The translations under genes and the position numbers were made by a program. Source: an uncultured Candidatus Saccharibacteria bacterium (GTDB lineage Bacteria; Patescibacteriota; Minisyncoccia; Phycocordibacterales; UBA2100). From it: DNA of 64,000 bases. The notes below the pieces were generated by a model. The model worked only from the letters and a program-made list of their open reading frames with translations, was not told where the DNA came from and searched no databases. Positions 53,998 to 63,452 of the stretch are shown here, one piece after another (positions within the stretch are counted from its first letter, which is position 1; every line of letters begins with the position of its first letter). Where the stretch lies: positions 40,790 to 104,789 of the forward strand of contig CAZUVH010000001.1 in NCBI GenBank assembly GCA_964623775.1, read 5' to 3'.

Positions 53998-56321
53998 TAT
54001 CCATGACTCACTCATCAAGAATAATTCGCGACGCGATCATCGGAGTCGTTCTTTTCATGAGCATCGCGCTCCCACTCCTCACACCCTCGTACGCTTCGGC
54101 GCAAGCGCCGAGTGGCGGCGCAGCAGCGAGTGTAAACACTCCGAATGCACGGCCGACCGTATGCGACGGCGGATTACTTTCGATGTCGTCTCTTGATCCG
54201 GTGTGCTGGTTCCGCAGAATCACCGCCGCACTCGGCGCATCCATCATACAAATCGCCATATGGGTCCTTACGGTCTCTGGCATGCTCTTCAATCTGCTCG
54301 TGGATCACACGATAATCAACTTTGGACAATTTCTATACGGTAGTGAAATGAAAAGCGCGATCGAGACGGCCTGGACCGCCTTCCGCGACATTTCCAATAT
54401 TGTGATCATCGGCATGTTCGTATTTATGGCGATCATGACAATCCTCGGCAGCATCGACTATGGGTATAAAAAGCTTGTCGCAAAAATCATCATCATCGCC
54501 GTTCTCATCAATTTCAGCCTGCTCTTTACGAAGATTATTATCGATTTCTCGAATTTTGCGGCACTGCAGTTTTACAACGCGGCCAGCCTCCAGGCGAGCC
54601 CCTCTTCTACGGGAGCTGCGACCGACCCAAATACGACACAGCAAAAAGGCATTTCCGGAGCGTTTCTCGACTACATGGGCGTCACCGGCATCGGCGACAG
54701 TTATTCCGCAGTGAGAAAAGTCGCTGAATCGAGCGATAGTGGAGGATTGGCGCTCCTTCATGCGATTATCGCGAGTATTTTTATACTTGCTGCAGCGATC
54801 GTACTCTTCTACGGATCGTTCCTGCTCGCCTCTCGTGCACTGCTTCTGATTTTCCTCCTCCTCACCTCATCCATTGCATTCGCCACATACTTGATACCGA
54901 TTGGGGTTGTGAATTCCACCTGGGGGTGGAAAAAGTGGTGGAGCTCACTTCTTCAAAGCGCCGTCTTCGCCCCGCTTCTCATGATATTTCTGTGGGTAAC
55001 GCTCGCGATTGGGAGGGCACTAAAGGATCAGGCGGGGACGCTCGGCGACCTCCTCACCAACCCAACAAAGGGGGCTAATTATGAGTCGCTCTTTGGCTAC
55101 ATTATAGTGCTCGGGCTTCTCTTCATCTCGTTCAAGATTTCATCAAGTTTTGCGGCCGGCATCGGCGGATTCAATTACGCCGCGATGATACCTGCGGGCC
55201 TCGCCGGGATCGGTGCTCGAGCTGCAGCCATGTCAACAAGATGGACTGTCGGGGCAGGAGGTAGATGGGCTGGTGAAAAACTACAGGCGCAGGCTCGCAA
55301 CACAAATCGTTCTGACTTGAGTAGATCTCTCTTTGATTTCGGCGCAAAACCATTCCAGGCTCTCGCTAAGAAAGACTTCAATCCTTTACGGAACGCGCTG
55401 GGTGGCCAGATGGCAAAGATGGCAGGCCTGAAGAAGGAGACACTCGGTGGTGAAAAGGTTGGCGGATTCGAGGGTACAGTTAAAAATTTCCAGAAGGCGC
55501 TCGGGGAACGAGCAAAGAACATGACTCCGACGAAGGAGGAGTTGGAAAAGCAGCTGGAAGCTCGTAAAGCTGCAACAACCACACTAAAACCTGAGGTTCC
55601 AAAACCATCGACGATGGCTCCGCCCGAGGACAAAAAGAAAGACACTGAGACGGTTCGCGCAGAAGAGCTCAAGGCGTACTTTGACAATAATCCGAAAGAA
55701 AAAGAGGTTCATGAAAAGGCGAAAGAAGAGGTGCACATCAGTAAGGAGGACATGGATGCATCCCGCCGCACAAATGCTGACGTGGTTGCGAAGTTGTCAC
55801 AAAGCATCAAGGGTCTCAAGGAACAGCAGGCTACTTTGCGTAGCAACAAAGCCGACACCGTGGCCATAGCCCGCGCTGATGAAATCCAGAAAAAAGTTTC
55901 GGAATCTAAAGTGGAATTGGGCAGAGCACTGAAAGAGCGGCGCGAACAAATTAGGGAGGCCACAAAAAAATCTCAGGTGGCGGATGAAAAACTAAGAGAG
56001 ATTGAGAAGAAGGCGGTGGACGCGATGCAAGATCGCGTGCGAACACAACAGGAGCAGAACGCGAGCATAAAGGAGAGTGACGTTAAGGAAAAGAATACCA
56101 CAGAGGCCATCGCACAGAGACTTGCCGATAAAAGTCTCACTGGCGTGCTACTGAAGTCGCTTGGGGTGTCGAGTAAATCCCTTTCTAGTGGCGCAGTAAA
56201 ACATCTGAAAGAGCAGGCGAAGAGGGAGCGAGCGAAACTAAATGCTGAGGAGCGTAAGAAACTTGACGACAAAGACAAGCCAAAGAGCGAGCCCCCAGCG
56301 CCTGCTGGCGATAAACACTAA
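53994..56321 (+). CDS. VirB6/TrbL-like polytopic membrane protein with long charged coiled-coil C-terminal tail
   Basis: ATGA overlap with the upstream gene. Signal/TM plus about 6-8 TM helices over ~450 aa, then ~300 aa rich in K/E. This architecture is common in T4SS VirB6/TrbL proteins. Confidence 0.45.
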   Translation: MISMTHSSRIIRDAIIGVVLFMSIALPLLTPSYASAQAPSGGAAASVNTPNARPTVCDGGLLSMSSLDPVCWFRRITAALGASIIQIAIWVLTVSGMLFNLLVDHTIINFGQFLYGSEMKSAIETAWTAFRDISNIVIIGMFVFMAIMTILGSIDYGYKKLVAKIIIIAVLINFSLLFTKIIIDFSNFAALQFYNAASLQASPSSTGAATDPNTTQQKGISGAFLDYMGVTGIGDSYSAVRKVAESSDSGGLALLHAIIASIFILAAAIVLFYGSFLLASRALLLIFLLLTSSIAFATYLIPIGVVNSTWGWKKWWSSLLQSAVFAPLLMIFLWVTLAIGRALKDQAGTLGDLLTNPTKGANYESLFGYIIVLGLLFISFKISSSFAAGIGGFNYAAMIPAGLAGIGARAAAMSTRWTVGAGGRWAGEKLQAQARNTNRSDLSRSLFDFGAKPFQALAKKDFNPLRNALGGQMAKMAGLKKETLGGEKVGGFEGTVKNFQKALGERAKNMTPTKEELEKQLEARKAATTTLKPEVPKPSTMAPPEDKKKDTETVRAEELKAYFDNNPKEKEVHEKAKEEVHISKEDMDASRRTNADVVAKLSQSIKGLKEQQATLRSNKADTVAIARADEIQKKVSESKVELGRALKERREQIREATKKSQVADEKLREIEKKAVDAMQDRVRTQQEQNASIKESDVKEKNTTEAIAQRLADKSLTGVLLKSLGVSSKSLSSGAVKHLKEQAKRERAKLNAEERKKLDDKDKPKSEPPAPAGDKH

Positions 56322-56325
56322 AACC

Positions 56326-56910
56326 ATGAACGATCAGATTGAAGAGAAAAAGTATGACGAGGTAATTCAGGAGAGACTCTCGCAACTGCCGAAAGTTGTC
56401 CAAGACGCTATACGCTCCGGTAATGTAACAGAACACATGCGTAAGCTTGCCGAGGCCCATAAACTACACTTGGATCAGTGGCAAACGCTTGAACAGGAGG
56501 TCCAGTTTACTTTACTCGGTTTTCAACCTGCTGAAGAGCTCGAACAAAATATTAAAAATGAAGTGGGGGTCTTGGACGAGGTTGCTCACGCGCTTACCCT
56601 TGATATCTCTCACACTGTGTTCGAGCCAATTCGCCAAGAGCTTGAGCGCACTCTCGGAAATCCCGAGGCGAAGAAAGTGGAGGTGAGTGACATGGAGGCG
56701 TCGCGAACACAGGCGATAGCGATCGAAAAAAAGTCGGCCACTCCAGAGGCTGCTGCAGCGCCCAAGACTGTCGCACCCGCCACGCCGCCTGCTCCCGCAC
56801 CTCAGGGCACCGCAAAGCGCGCACCGATTGCTGATACCTATCTCTCGAGCAGTCCGAGTCACGAGCGCAAAGTAATCGAGGGTGATCCGTACAGGGAGCA
56901 GACTTCTTGA
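56326..56910 (+). CDS. hypothetical soluble protein (~194 aa)
   Basis: Internal Met MNDQIEEKKYDEV directly after the previous stop. No family recognised. Confidence 0.4.
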   Translation: MNDQIEEKKYDEVIQERLSQLPKVVQDAIRSGNVTEHMRKLAEAHKLHLDQWQTLEQEVQFTLLGFQPAEELEQNIKNEVGVLDEVAHALTLDISHTVFEPIRQELERTLGNPEAKKVEVSDMEASRTQAIAIEKKSATPEAAAAPKTVAPATPPAPAPQGTAKRAPIADTYLSSSPSHERKVIEGDPYREQTS

Positions 56911-56922
56911 CGCCAACAAGGG

Positions 56923-57033
56923 GTATACCCCGCACCACTTTTAACACCCGGGCGATGGGCGACTAACTTCATTAAGTTTTGAGTGGCTAGTTATCAACGA
57001 ATTATAAAAGGTTTAAAAGTGGTGCGGGGTATA
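56923..57033. promoter_or_regulatory. inverted-repeat arms GTATACCCCGCACCACTTTT (56923-56942) and AAAAGTGGTGCGGGGTATA (57015-57033) separated by ~72 bp, with TATAAT inside the right arm
   Basis: Same 20-mer arms as at 39392-39435. The right arm ends 8 nt before the ATG at 57042, so the mRNA is essentially leaderless. Confidence 0.55.
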
Positions 57034-57041
57034 ATTACTGA

Positions 57042-57614
57042 ATGCAGTTTCAGGTTCCTCAATTCATCGAGGTGGAGGACAAGATCTTCGGCCCGCTCAC
57101 GTTTAAGCAGTTCATATATATAGGAGGGGGGATAGGGGCAGCTTACTTACTCTGGCGCGTCCTGCCGATGTACGTCGCGGCCCCCATCATTGCGGTAGTG
57201 GGTGGACTTGCCGCAGCGCTTGCGTTTTTCCAATACAACGGGCGTCCATTCATAATAGCGCTCGAAAACGCCTTCTTTTTCCTTGTTCGCAGCAAGCTCT
57301 ACCTCTGGAACAATGAAAACAAGAAAAAGTCACGAGAGGTGGTCGAGCAAAATTTTGCACAGGCGTCTAATCTATATGTTCCGAAACTCTCGGGCAGCAA
57401 GCTGCACGAACTCGCGTGGAGCCTCGACATCAAGGAGCGTATCGCCGGCGGTGTCGCCACAGAGTCCGAGCGCACAGGAAATCGGCCTCCCGAAGATATA
57501 TTGGCTCCCATAAAGACCGCGAGGGCAGCAGCAGCGACCAGAGAGCAATCACTTGCGCAGCAGATTGAGAGCTTGGCACGCCAGCGCGCCAATACTGCGC
57601 CGTCTACACAATAA
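57042..57614 (+). CDS. PrgI-family (VirB3-like) T4SS membrane protein
   Basis: MQFQVPQFIEVEDKIFGPLTFKQFIYIGGGIGAAYLLW matches the PrgI-family N-terminal signature (..VP..I...E.KIF..LT.RQ...), followed by a TM hairpin. Confidence 0.5.
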   Translation: MQFQVPQFIEVEDKIFGPLTFKQFIYIGGGIGAAYLLWRVLPMYVAAPIIAVVGGLAAALAFFQYNGRPFIIALENAFFFLVRSKLYLWNNENKKKSREVVEQNFAQASNLYVPKLSGSKLHELAWSLDIKERIAGGVATESERTGNRPPEDILAPIKTARAAAATREQSLAQQIESLARQRANTAPSTQ

Positions 57615-57616
57615 AT

Positions 57617-58285
57617 ATGCCTCCACAGACATCTCTTCGCTCCAATACGAAATCGACGCAGGAATTCGTTCCGATCTCTGAAGTACGCGACGGTATCGTG
57701 GTTATGAAAGACGGAAGCCTGCGTGGCATCCTCCTCGCCTCATCGATCAACTTTGCCCTCAAATCGGAAGATGAACAGACGGCGTTTATAGTTCAATTTC
57801 AAAACTTTCTCAACTCACTCGATTTTTCGGTGCAAATTTTCGTACAGTCGCGCATGCTCGATATTCGTCCATACATCACCACGCTCGAAGCGCAGTTCAA
57901 ACAGCAGCTCGACGACCTTATGCGCGTACAGATTCGTGAATACATTCAATTCATCAAGAGCTTTACCGAGGCTGCAAACATCATGACGAAAAATTTCTTC
58001 GTCGTTGTACCGTACTCACCGAGTATCGCCGTGACGGCGGCGAGCGCGAGCTCATTCTTGCCGTTTGGAAAAAAGAGCACAAAGGCGGAGGACAACAAGA
58101 CATTCGAGGAACAAGCCTCTCAGCTCGAGCAACGCATCTCGATCGTACAGCAGGGTCTTGTGCGTACAGGCGTACGCACTGTGCAGCTTGGTACCGAGGA
58201 GACTATCGAGCTTCTCTACAAGATGTTCAATCCGGGCGAAGAGGGAAAGCCGATTCCGGTCTCGGAGCTCGCAAATCAAAGATAG
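57617..58285 (+). CDS. VirB4/TrbE N-terminal domain (separate ORF)
   Basis: FVPISEVRDGIVVMKDGSLRGILLASSINFALKSEDEQ..IQIFVQSRMLDIRPY is collinear with the N-domain of Gram-positive-type VirB4 (PrgJ/TrsE). Ends with TAG 1 nt before the next ATG, in a different frame. Confidence 0.6.
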   Translation: MPPQTSLRSNTKSTQEFVPISEVRDGIVVMKDGSLRGILLASSINFALKSEDEQTAFIVQFQNFLNSLDFSVQIFVQSRMLDIRPYITTLEAQFKQQLDDLMRVQIREYIQFIKSFTEAANIMTKNFFVVVPYSPSIAVTAASASSFLPFGKKSTKAEDNKTFEEQASQLEQRISIVQQGLVRTGVRTVQLGTEETIELLYKMFNPGEEGKPIPVSELANQR

Positions 58286-58286
58286 T

Positions 58287-60206
58287 ATGGCACTCCTCGA
58301 CTTATTCAGAAAAAAACCCGCCGCAGACGACGCCGCACGCGTACTGCCGGTTTTGCCCGAAGAAATCTACAATACCGGCGTTCTCGATCTGCAGGACGTG
58401 ATCGCCCCACACGCGCTCAAGGTCAACTCCCGCGAACTCGATCTCGGCGAAAAGATCGCCCGTACATTCTTCGTCATTTCGTATCCACGCTTTCTGACGA
58501 CGGGCTGGTTTGCGCCGATCATCAACATGGACAAAGTGATCGATATTTCGATTTTTGTACACCCGATGGATACGAATGAGATGCTCCGTAAGTTCCAGAA
58601 AAAAGTCGCCGAAGTACAGAGCCAGATCGCGACCCGCGAAGAAAAGGGGATGGTGCGCGATCCAATGCTGGACACTGCATATACCGACCTCGAGCAACTG
58701 CGTAATTCGCTACAACAGGCGCAGGAGCGCATCTTCGAAGTGGGTCTCTACCTTACGATCTACGGCAATTCGCGTGAAGAGATCGATAAGATCGAGAGCG
58801 AGGTCCGTTCGATCCTTGAATCCCGCCTCGTGTACATCCGCCCGGCACTCTTCCAGCAGGAGCAGGGCTTCAGGAGCGTTTTGCCGCTTTCGACCGACGA
58901 GCTTGCGGTCCACACCAAACTCAATTCCGCGCCGCTTTCTTCAATCTTTCCATTCATCTCTTTCGACCTCACGTCCGACCGCGGCATTCTCTACGGCATC
59001 AACAGACACAACTCATCGCTCATTCTTTTCGATCGATTCTCGCTCGAAAACTACAACTCAGTGACGTTTGCAAAATCGGGTGCCGGCAAGTCGTACACGA
59101 CAAAACTCGAAATTCTACGCTCACTCATGTTCGATACAGAGGTGATCGTGATCGATCCTGAGCGTGAATACGAGTATTTGGCGGAGACCGTGGGCGGCCG
59201 CTACTTCAATATTTCGCTCTCTTCCGAACACCACATCAATCCGTTTGATCTTCCGATTCCGCGTGAGGATGAAAATCCGGGCGACATCTTGCGCAACAAC
59301 ATCATCACGCTCGTCGGGCTCTTCCGCATCATGCTCGGAGGACTTACGCCCGAAGAAGATGCTGTTATCGACAAGGCAATCACCGAGACCTACGCGCTCA
59401 AAGACATCACGGCCGATGCCAATTTTGCCGCTGTCGAGCCGCCGCTGCTCTCAGACTTCGAGCTCGTGCTCTCCGGCATGGAGGGAAGTGACTCACTCGT
59501 CGCGCGCCTTTCGAAATACACGAAGGGCACCTGGTCGGGATTCATGAATCGCCCGACAAACGTGGACATGAATAAAAAGTTGATCGTGTTTTCCGTCCGC
59601 GACATGGAGGACGACTTGAAGCCCGTGGCGATGTATATAATCACGCACCACATCTGGAATGCGGTGCGAAAAGAGCTCCGCAAGCGCCTCCTCGTGATCG
59701 ACGAGGCCTGGTGGATGATGAAATCTCAGGATACGGCGAGCTTCCTCTTCGGTATTGCAAAACGCGGACGCAAATACTATCTTGGCCTCTCTACAATCAC
59801 ACAAGACGTCAACGACTTCCTTACATCACCGTACGGGACAGCGATGATCACAAACTCTTCGATCCAGCTACTCTTGCGTCAATCGCCCACCTCCGTCGAT
59901 CTCGTACAAAGCACCTTTAAACTCTCCGACGAGGAAAAGTACCTGTTGCTCGAATCCGACGTAGGGGAAGGCATCTTCTTCGCAGGCCTCAAGCACGTCG
60001 CGATCAAGGTGATTGCCTCTTACACAGAAGATCAGATTATCACCTCCGATCCTTCACAAATTCTCGCGATCAAGAAGGCGAAGCGAGAGCTTGCCGCATC
60101 AACAGAAATTCCTGAAGAAGCGCTCCCTGGTGCGCAGCATGCTGCTCCGGGTGCTGATACTGCACCTGTCTCCAAGATGACTTCGCAGAGTATTTCGACT
60201 CAATAA
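58287..60206 (+). CDS. VirB4/TrbE-family T4SS ATPase (C-terminal two-thirds)
   Basis: P..I..........F.ISYPRFL.TGWF membrane-proximal region, Walker A KSGAGKSYT, Walker B VIVIDPEREY, and C-terminal motifs DEAWWMM and GLSTITQ. The track ORF 58065..60206 starts inside the previous gene. Confidence 0.85.
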   Translation: MALLDLFRKKPAADDAARVLPVLPEEIYNTGVLDLQDVIAPHALKVNSRELDLGEKIARTFFVISYPRFLTTGWFAPIINMDKVIDISIFVHPMDTNEMLRKFQKKVAEVQSQIATREEKGMVRDPMLDTAYTDLEQLRNSLQQAQERIFEVGLYLTIYGNSREEIDKIESEVRSILESRLVYIRPALFQQEQGFRSVLPLSTDELAVHTKLNSAPLSSIFPFISFDLTSDRGILYGINRHNSSLILFDRFSLENYNSVTFAKSGAGKSYTTKLEILRSLMFDTEVIVIDPEREYEYLAETVGGRYFNISLSSEHHINPFDLPIPREDENPGDILRNNIITLVGLFRIMLGGLTPEEDAVIDKAITETYALKDITADANFAAVEPPLLSDFELVLSGMEGSDSLVARLSKYTKGTWSGFMNRPTNVDMNKKLIVFSVRDMEDDLKPVAMYIITHHIWNAVRKELRKRLLVIDEAWWMMKSQDTASFLFGIAKRGRKYYLGLSTITQDVNDFLTSPYGTAMITNSSIQLLLRQSPTSVDLVQSTFKLSDEEKYLLLESDVGEGIFFAGLKHVAIKVIASYTEDQIITSDPSQILAIKKAKRELAASTEIPEEALPGAQHAAPGADTAPVSKMTSQSISTQ

Positions 60207-60553
60207 TGAACTATTCCCGTATCAGCAAGACGACGGGGATCGCCCTCATCGTGGCCGCCACACTCGTTGACCTCGCGCAATTCTTCGCGACATTTCTCGC
60301 GCTTATCCCTTTTATCGGCTTTGTTATTGTCTTCGCTGCAAACACCCTGATCAGTGTGTGTGCGCTCATTTTTTTCGGAATATGCTTTTCGCACGTGGGC
60401 GTGAGCCTACTTGATTCGAGACGCGCCCTCGGGACCCTTGGCACAATTCTTGGAGAGGCGGTGCCGTTTATAAACAGTATGTTGTGGTGGACATGTCTTG
60501 TTTCGTACATTGTCATCACAGAGTGGAGAAAGCCGGAAGGTGCTGTGGAATGA
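60206..60553 (+). CDS. small three-TM membrane protein (T4SS-associated, hypothetical)
   Basis: Start overlaps the VirB4 stop (ATGA-type coupling). Very hydrophobic. Confidence 0.4.
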   Translation: MNYSRISKTTGIALIVAATLVDLAQFFATFLALIPFIGFVIVFAANTLISVCALIFFGICFSHVGVSLLDSRRALGTLGTILGEAVPFINSMLWWTCLVSYIVITEWRKPEGAVE

Positions 60554-60566
60554 GCGGTATAATTAC

Positions 60567-61637
60567 ATGATGCTCGTGGTGCGAAACATCCTAACCACTT
60601 CGCTTTTATCGATTAGCTTTCTTTTGGTTCTCAATCTCCCTGTATACGCGCAACTTGAATTACCGAACATGGCGAGTTCTATATTCATCACCACCATCCC
60701 CGAACATCCTGGGCCGGGAGAGACCGTGCGTGTCTACGCACAAAGTGTTTTCTACGACCTCCTGAAGGCAAACAATGTGTGGGAGGTCAACGGCAAGGTG
60801 GTCGCTCAGGGGATAGGGGTGACGGAGGGCACGTTTGTAGTGGGAGCGCTCGGATCCCGAAATACCGTCGTGTTTGAGGCACAGTCCGATACGAGCACTG
60901 CCAGTGCCCGCCTGACCATCATCCCGACCGAAGTCGACCTCTTGTATGAGGCAAGTTCCTACGTGCCACCTTTCTATCGCGGACGCGCGCTTCCTTCAGA
61001 GGGGACCCTTGTGCGGCTCACAGCCTTGCCGCGATTTCAGAGTTCAGGCGGAAATTTTATCCCTGCCAGCTCTCTCTTATATACATGGAAGCGAAACGGC
61101 TCGACGGTGGCTGCTGTTTCAGGAAGAGGAAAAAGTTCTGCCGTATTTCCCTCGCCGGTTCTTTTTGGTACCGACGTGATCGCGGTTGATGTCACAACAG
61201 CAGATGGCACCATGACTGGCAGTGCACTTATTAATATCCCCTCGACGAAACCCTTGCTTTTACTCTACGAGGATCATCCGCTTTTCGGTGTGACCTATCA
61301 TAAAGCGCTCGGGCCTGCGACTTTCGTCCCTGAATCAGAGGCGACCTTCGTCGCGGTACCGTTTTATACCAATGCAGTGAGTTCTAATGACAATTCGTTT
61401 GACTACAACTGGACCGTCAACGGTCAGCGCATTCCTGCCGATACTGTTAGGAAAGGTTCGATTACAATCAGTTCTGCTGGGCAAAAGACGGGGGTCGCAC
61501 ACGTGCAACTCGATCTCACGCAGCCGCAAAATCCGTTCTTTAGCGCTCGAGGTGAGTGGAGTATTTCTTTCTCCGAAATACGCGGAAACAGGGCTCCCGA
61601 CGGTACAATCAATAATCCATTCTTACCTCGCCAATAA
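60567..61637 (+). CDS. secreted hypothetical protein (beta-rich)
   Basis: Internal Met MMLVVRNILTTSLLSISFLLVLNLPVYAQ acts as a signal peptide. Confidence 0.4.
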   Translation: MMLVVRNILTTSLLSISFLLVLNLPVYAQLELPNMASSIFITTIPEHPGPGETVRVYAQSVFYDLLKANNVWEVNGKVVAQGIGVTEGTFVVGALGSRNTVVFEAQSDTSTASARLTIIPTEVDLLYEASSYVPPFYRGRALPSEGTLVRLTALPRFQSSGGNFIPASSLLYTWKRNGSTVAAVSGRGKSSAVFPSPVLFGTDVIAVDVTTADGTMTGSALINIPSTKPLLLLYEDHPLFGVTYHKALGPATFVPESEATFVAVPFYTNAVSSNDNSFDYNWTVNGQRIPADTVRKGSITISSAGQKTGVAHVQLDLTQPQNPFFSARGEWSISFSEIRGNRAPDGTINNPFLPRQ

Positions 61638-61638
61638 T

Positions 61639-62934
61639 ATGCAAAAGAGCCTGCTCGTCGTTCGATACCTGATAGTCATAGTTGTCGTATTTGCGCTGGT
61701 GGGGTTATTGGGCTGGTATTTCTTCTTGAAGTCCCGCACAAGCACGACTGTCGCGCTTGATGACGCTCGCGGACTTGATTCAACTGCACCTTCGTTTACC
61801 GGAAGCACCGGCAGTACGTACGAAAACATCGCACAAACCACAGTAGAAGATACCGGGCAAGTGAGTGCGGAGACAGTAAGTGCTCCGCCCCAACTCTGGC
61901 GCGTATCACAAACACCGACCTCCGGTATGGGATTCGTGGAGGATAGTGCATTTCTAAAAGTGTATTTTGTCGAACGCGCAAGCGGCAATGTATTTTCTGC
62001 AGATGTCATAAACGGGAAGGTCGAACGCCTCACAAACACACTCTTACCGAGGACATACTCAGCAGCAATAACTCGTGACGGTGCCGTAGCTCTTCGTGGT
62101 ATCGATGACGGGGGCAAAACAACTCTTTTCGCGGGCACTATCCCTCCGAAGACGGCGCCCGCCACGGCCGAGATATCCTCCTCGTCACCTGTGGCGATGA
62201 AAGGCACGAGCCTTGCAGCAGACGTGAGTGACCTCGCAATAAATCCAAAAACGAACGAGGTCTTTTACGTCCTTCCTGATGCAAAAATCGGCGCAATCGG
62301 CATCCGAAGCTCGTGGGATGGGAAGGTGCAAAAGCGTGTACTTGAATCCGGCATTATCGGCTGGCGACCACTGTGGCTCTCCGATGGCCGCATCGTTCTC
62401 ACACAATACCCGGCGTACGATCTTCCCGGTAACGCATACGTGCTTGAGAGTGGGGGTACTTTGACACCACTTATCCGCAACATCCCGGGTCTTACAATAT
62501 TGCCGCGCGCCTCATCGAAGACGTTTGTGTACGGCACTGCGACGGGCGGGACAATCGCAATGTACGTCCAGAAAGAAAAGAAGGAGCCAGAACTACTCCC
62601 AATCAAAACAATTGCCGATAAATGCGTGTGGGCGCCAAAAAAAGAGTTTATTCTTTACTGCGCAGTGCCCCAGACGCTTGGCTCGGGTAATTTCATTGAT
62701 AATTACCTGCAGGGTAGAATTCACACATCCGATACGTGGTGGGAAGTGAACACTGCGGACGGCACTGCACAGATATTCTTTGTGTCGGATAGTTCTTCCG
62801 GGGCGATTGATGTAATTCAGCCGACAATCGACGAAAACGGCAAATACATTTCATTTATGAACGGGTTTGACCAGTCTTTGTGGGTACTTCGGATGCCGAC
62901 CAATACAGAAAACACCGCAGCATCAGTAATATGA
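61639..62934 (+). CDS. membrane-anchored hypothetical protein, possibly beta-propeller-like
   Basis: ATG 1 nt after the previous stop. N-terminal TM LIVIVVVFALVGLLGWYFF, then a ~400-aa extracytoplasmic domain. Confidence 0.4.
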   Translation: MQKSLLVVRYLIVIVVVFALVGLLGWYFFLKSRTSTTVALDDARGLDSTAPSFTGSTGSTYENIAQTTVEDTGQVSAETVSAPPQLWRVSQTPTSGMGFVEDSAFLKVYFVERASGNVFSADVINGKVERLTNTLLPRTYSAAITRDGAVALRGIDDGGKTTLFAGTIPPKTAPATAEISSSSPVAMKGTSLAADVSDLAINPKTNEVFYVLPDAKIGAIGIRSSWDGKVQKRVLESGIIGWRPLWLSDGRIVLTQYPAYDLPGNAYVLESGGTLTPLIRNIPGLTILPRASSKTFVYGTATGGTIAMYVQKEKKEPELLPIKTIADKCVWAPKKEFILYCAVPQTLGSGNFIDNYLQGRIHTSDTWWEVNTADGTAQIFFVSDSSSGAIDVIQPTIDENGKYISFMNGFDQSLWVLRMPTNTENTAASVI

Positions 62935-63443
62935 AAGACAAAATAAAAAAATGGTTTAGGAACATGAGGACCACAAGTTCTGGTCTTCTCTTCCAGGCGA
63001 CGACGCAATTCGTCCCGCTCGCGCCGATAGACGCGCAGCAGGGGAGCAAACTTTCGGGTATTTATACCGGTGGCGATCTTTCGACCTATATCAGTAAGAT
63101 GTTTGTTTTTGCACTCTCAATCGGCGCCATAATCGCCGTGGTTCGTCTCATGTGGGCTGGGTATCTCTACATGGGGGAGGGCACCATCGGGAGCATTTCA
63201 AAGGCAAAGGAGGTCTTTCGTGAGGTTATTATCGGATTGCTGTTGCTGCTCGCAATCTACCTGATACTTCAAAAGATAAATCCACAGCTCTTAAACATTA
63301 CAATTCTCAACAGTATAAAAAGTACGCCGTCGACAGGGCAGCAAGTACCTGCCGGGACACAGAAACAAGGTACTCAAACATGCGGGGGATCGTGCTCGTG
63401 GTGCGACACCGGGACAGGACAGTGCATTATTCCGGCCAACTAA
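62931..63443 (+). CDS. two-TM small protein, candidate VirB2/TrbC-like pilin with Cys-rich C-terminus
   Basis: ATGA overlap with the previous gene. Hydrophobic helices FVFALSIGAIIAVVRLMWAGYLYM and VIIGLLLLLAIYLIL separated by a short loop. Tail CGGSCSWCDTGTGQC. Confidence 0.3.
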   Translation: MKDKIKKWFRNMRTTSSGLLFQATTQFVPLAPIDAQQGSKLSGIYTGGDLSTYISKMFVFALSIGAIIAVVRLMWAGYLYMGEGTIGSISKAKEVFREVIIGLLLLLAIYLILQKINPQLLNITILNSIKSTPSTGQQVPAGTQKQGTQTCGGSCSWCDTGTGQCIIPAN

Positions 63444-63452
63444 GGCGCAATG

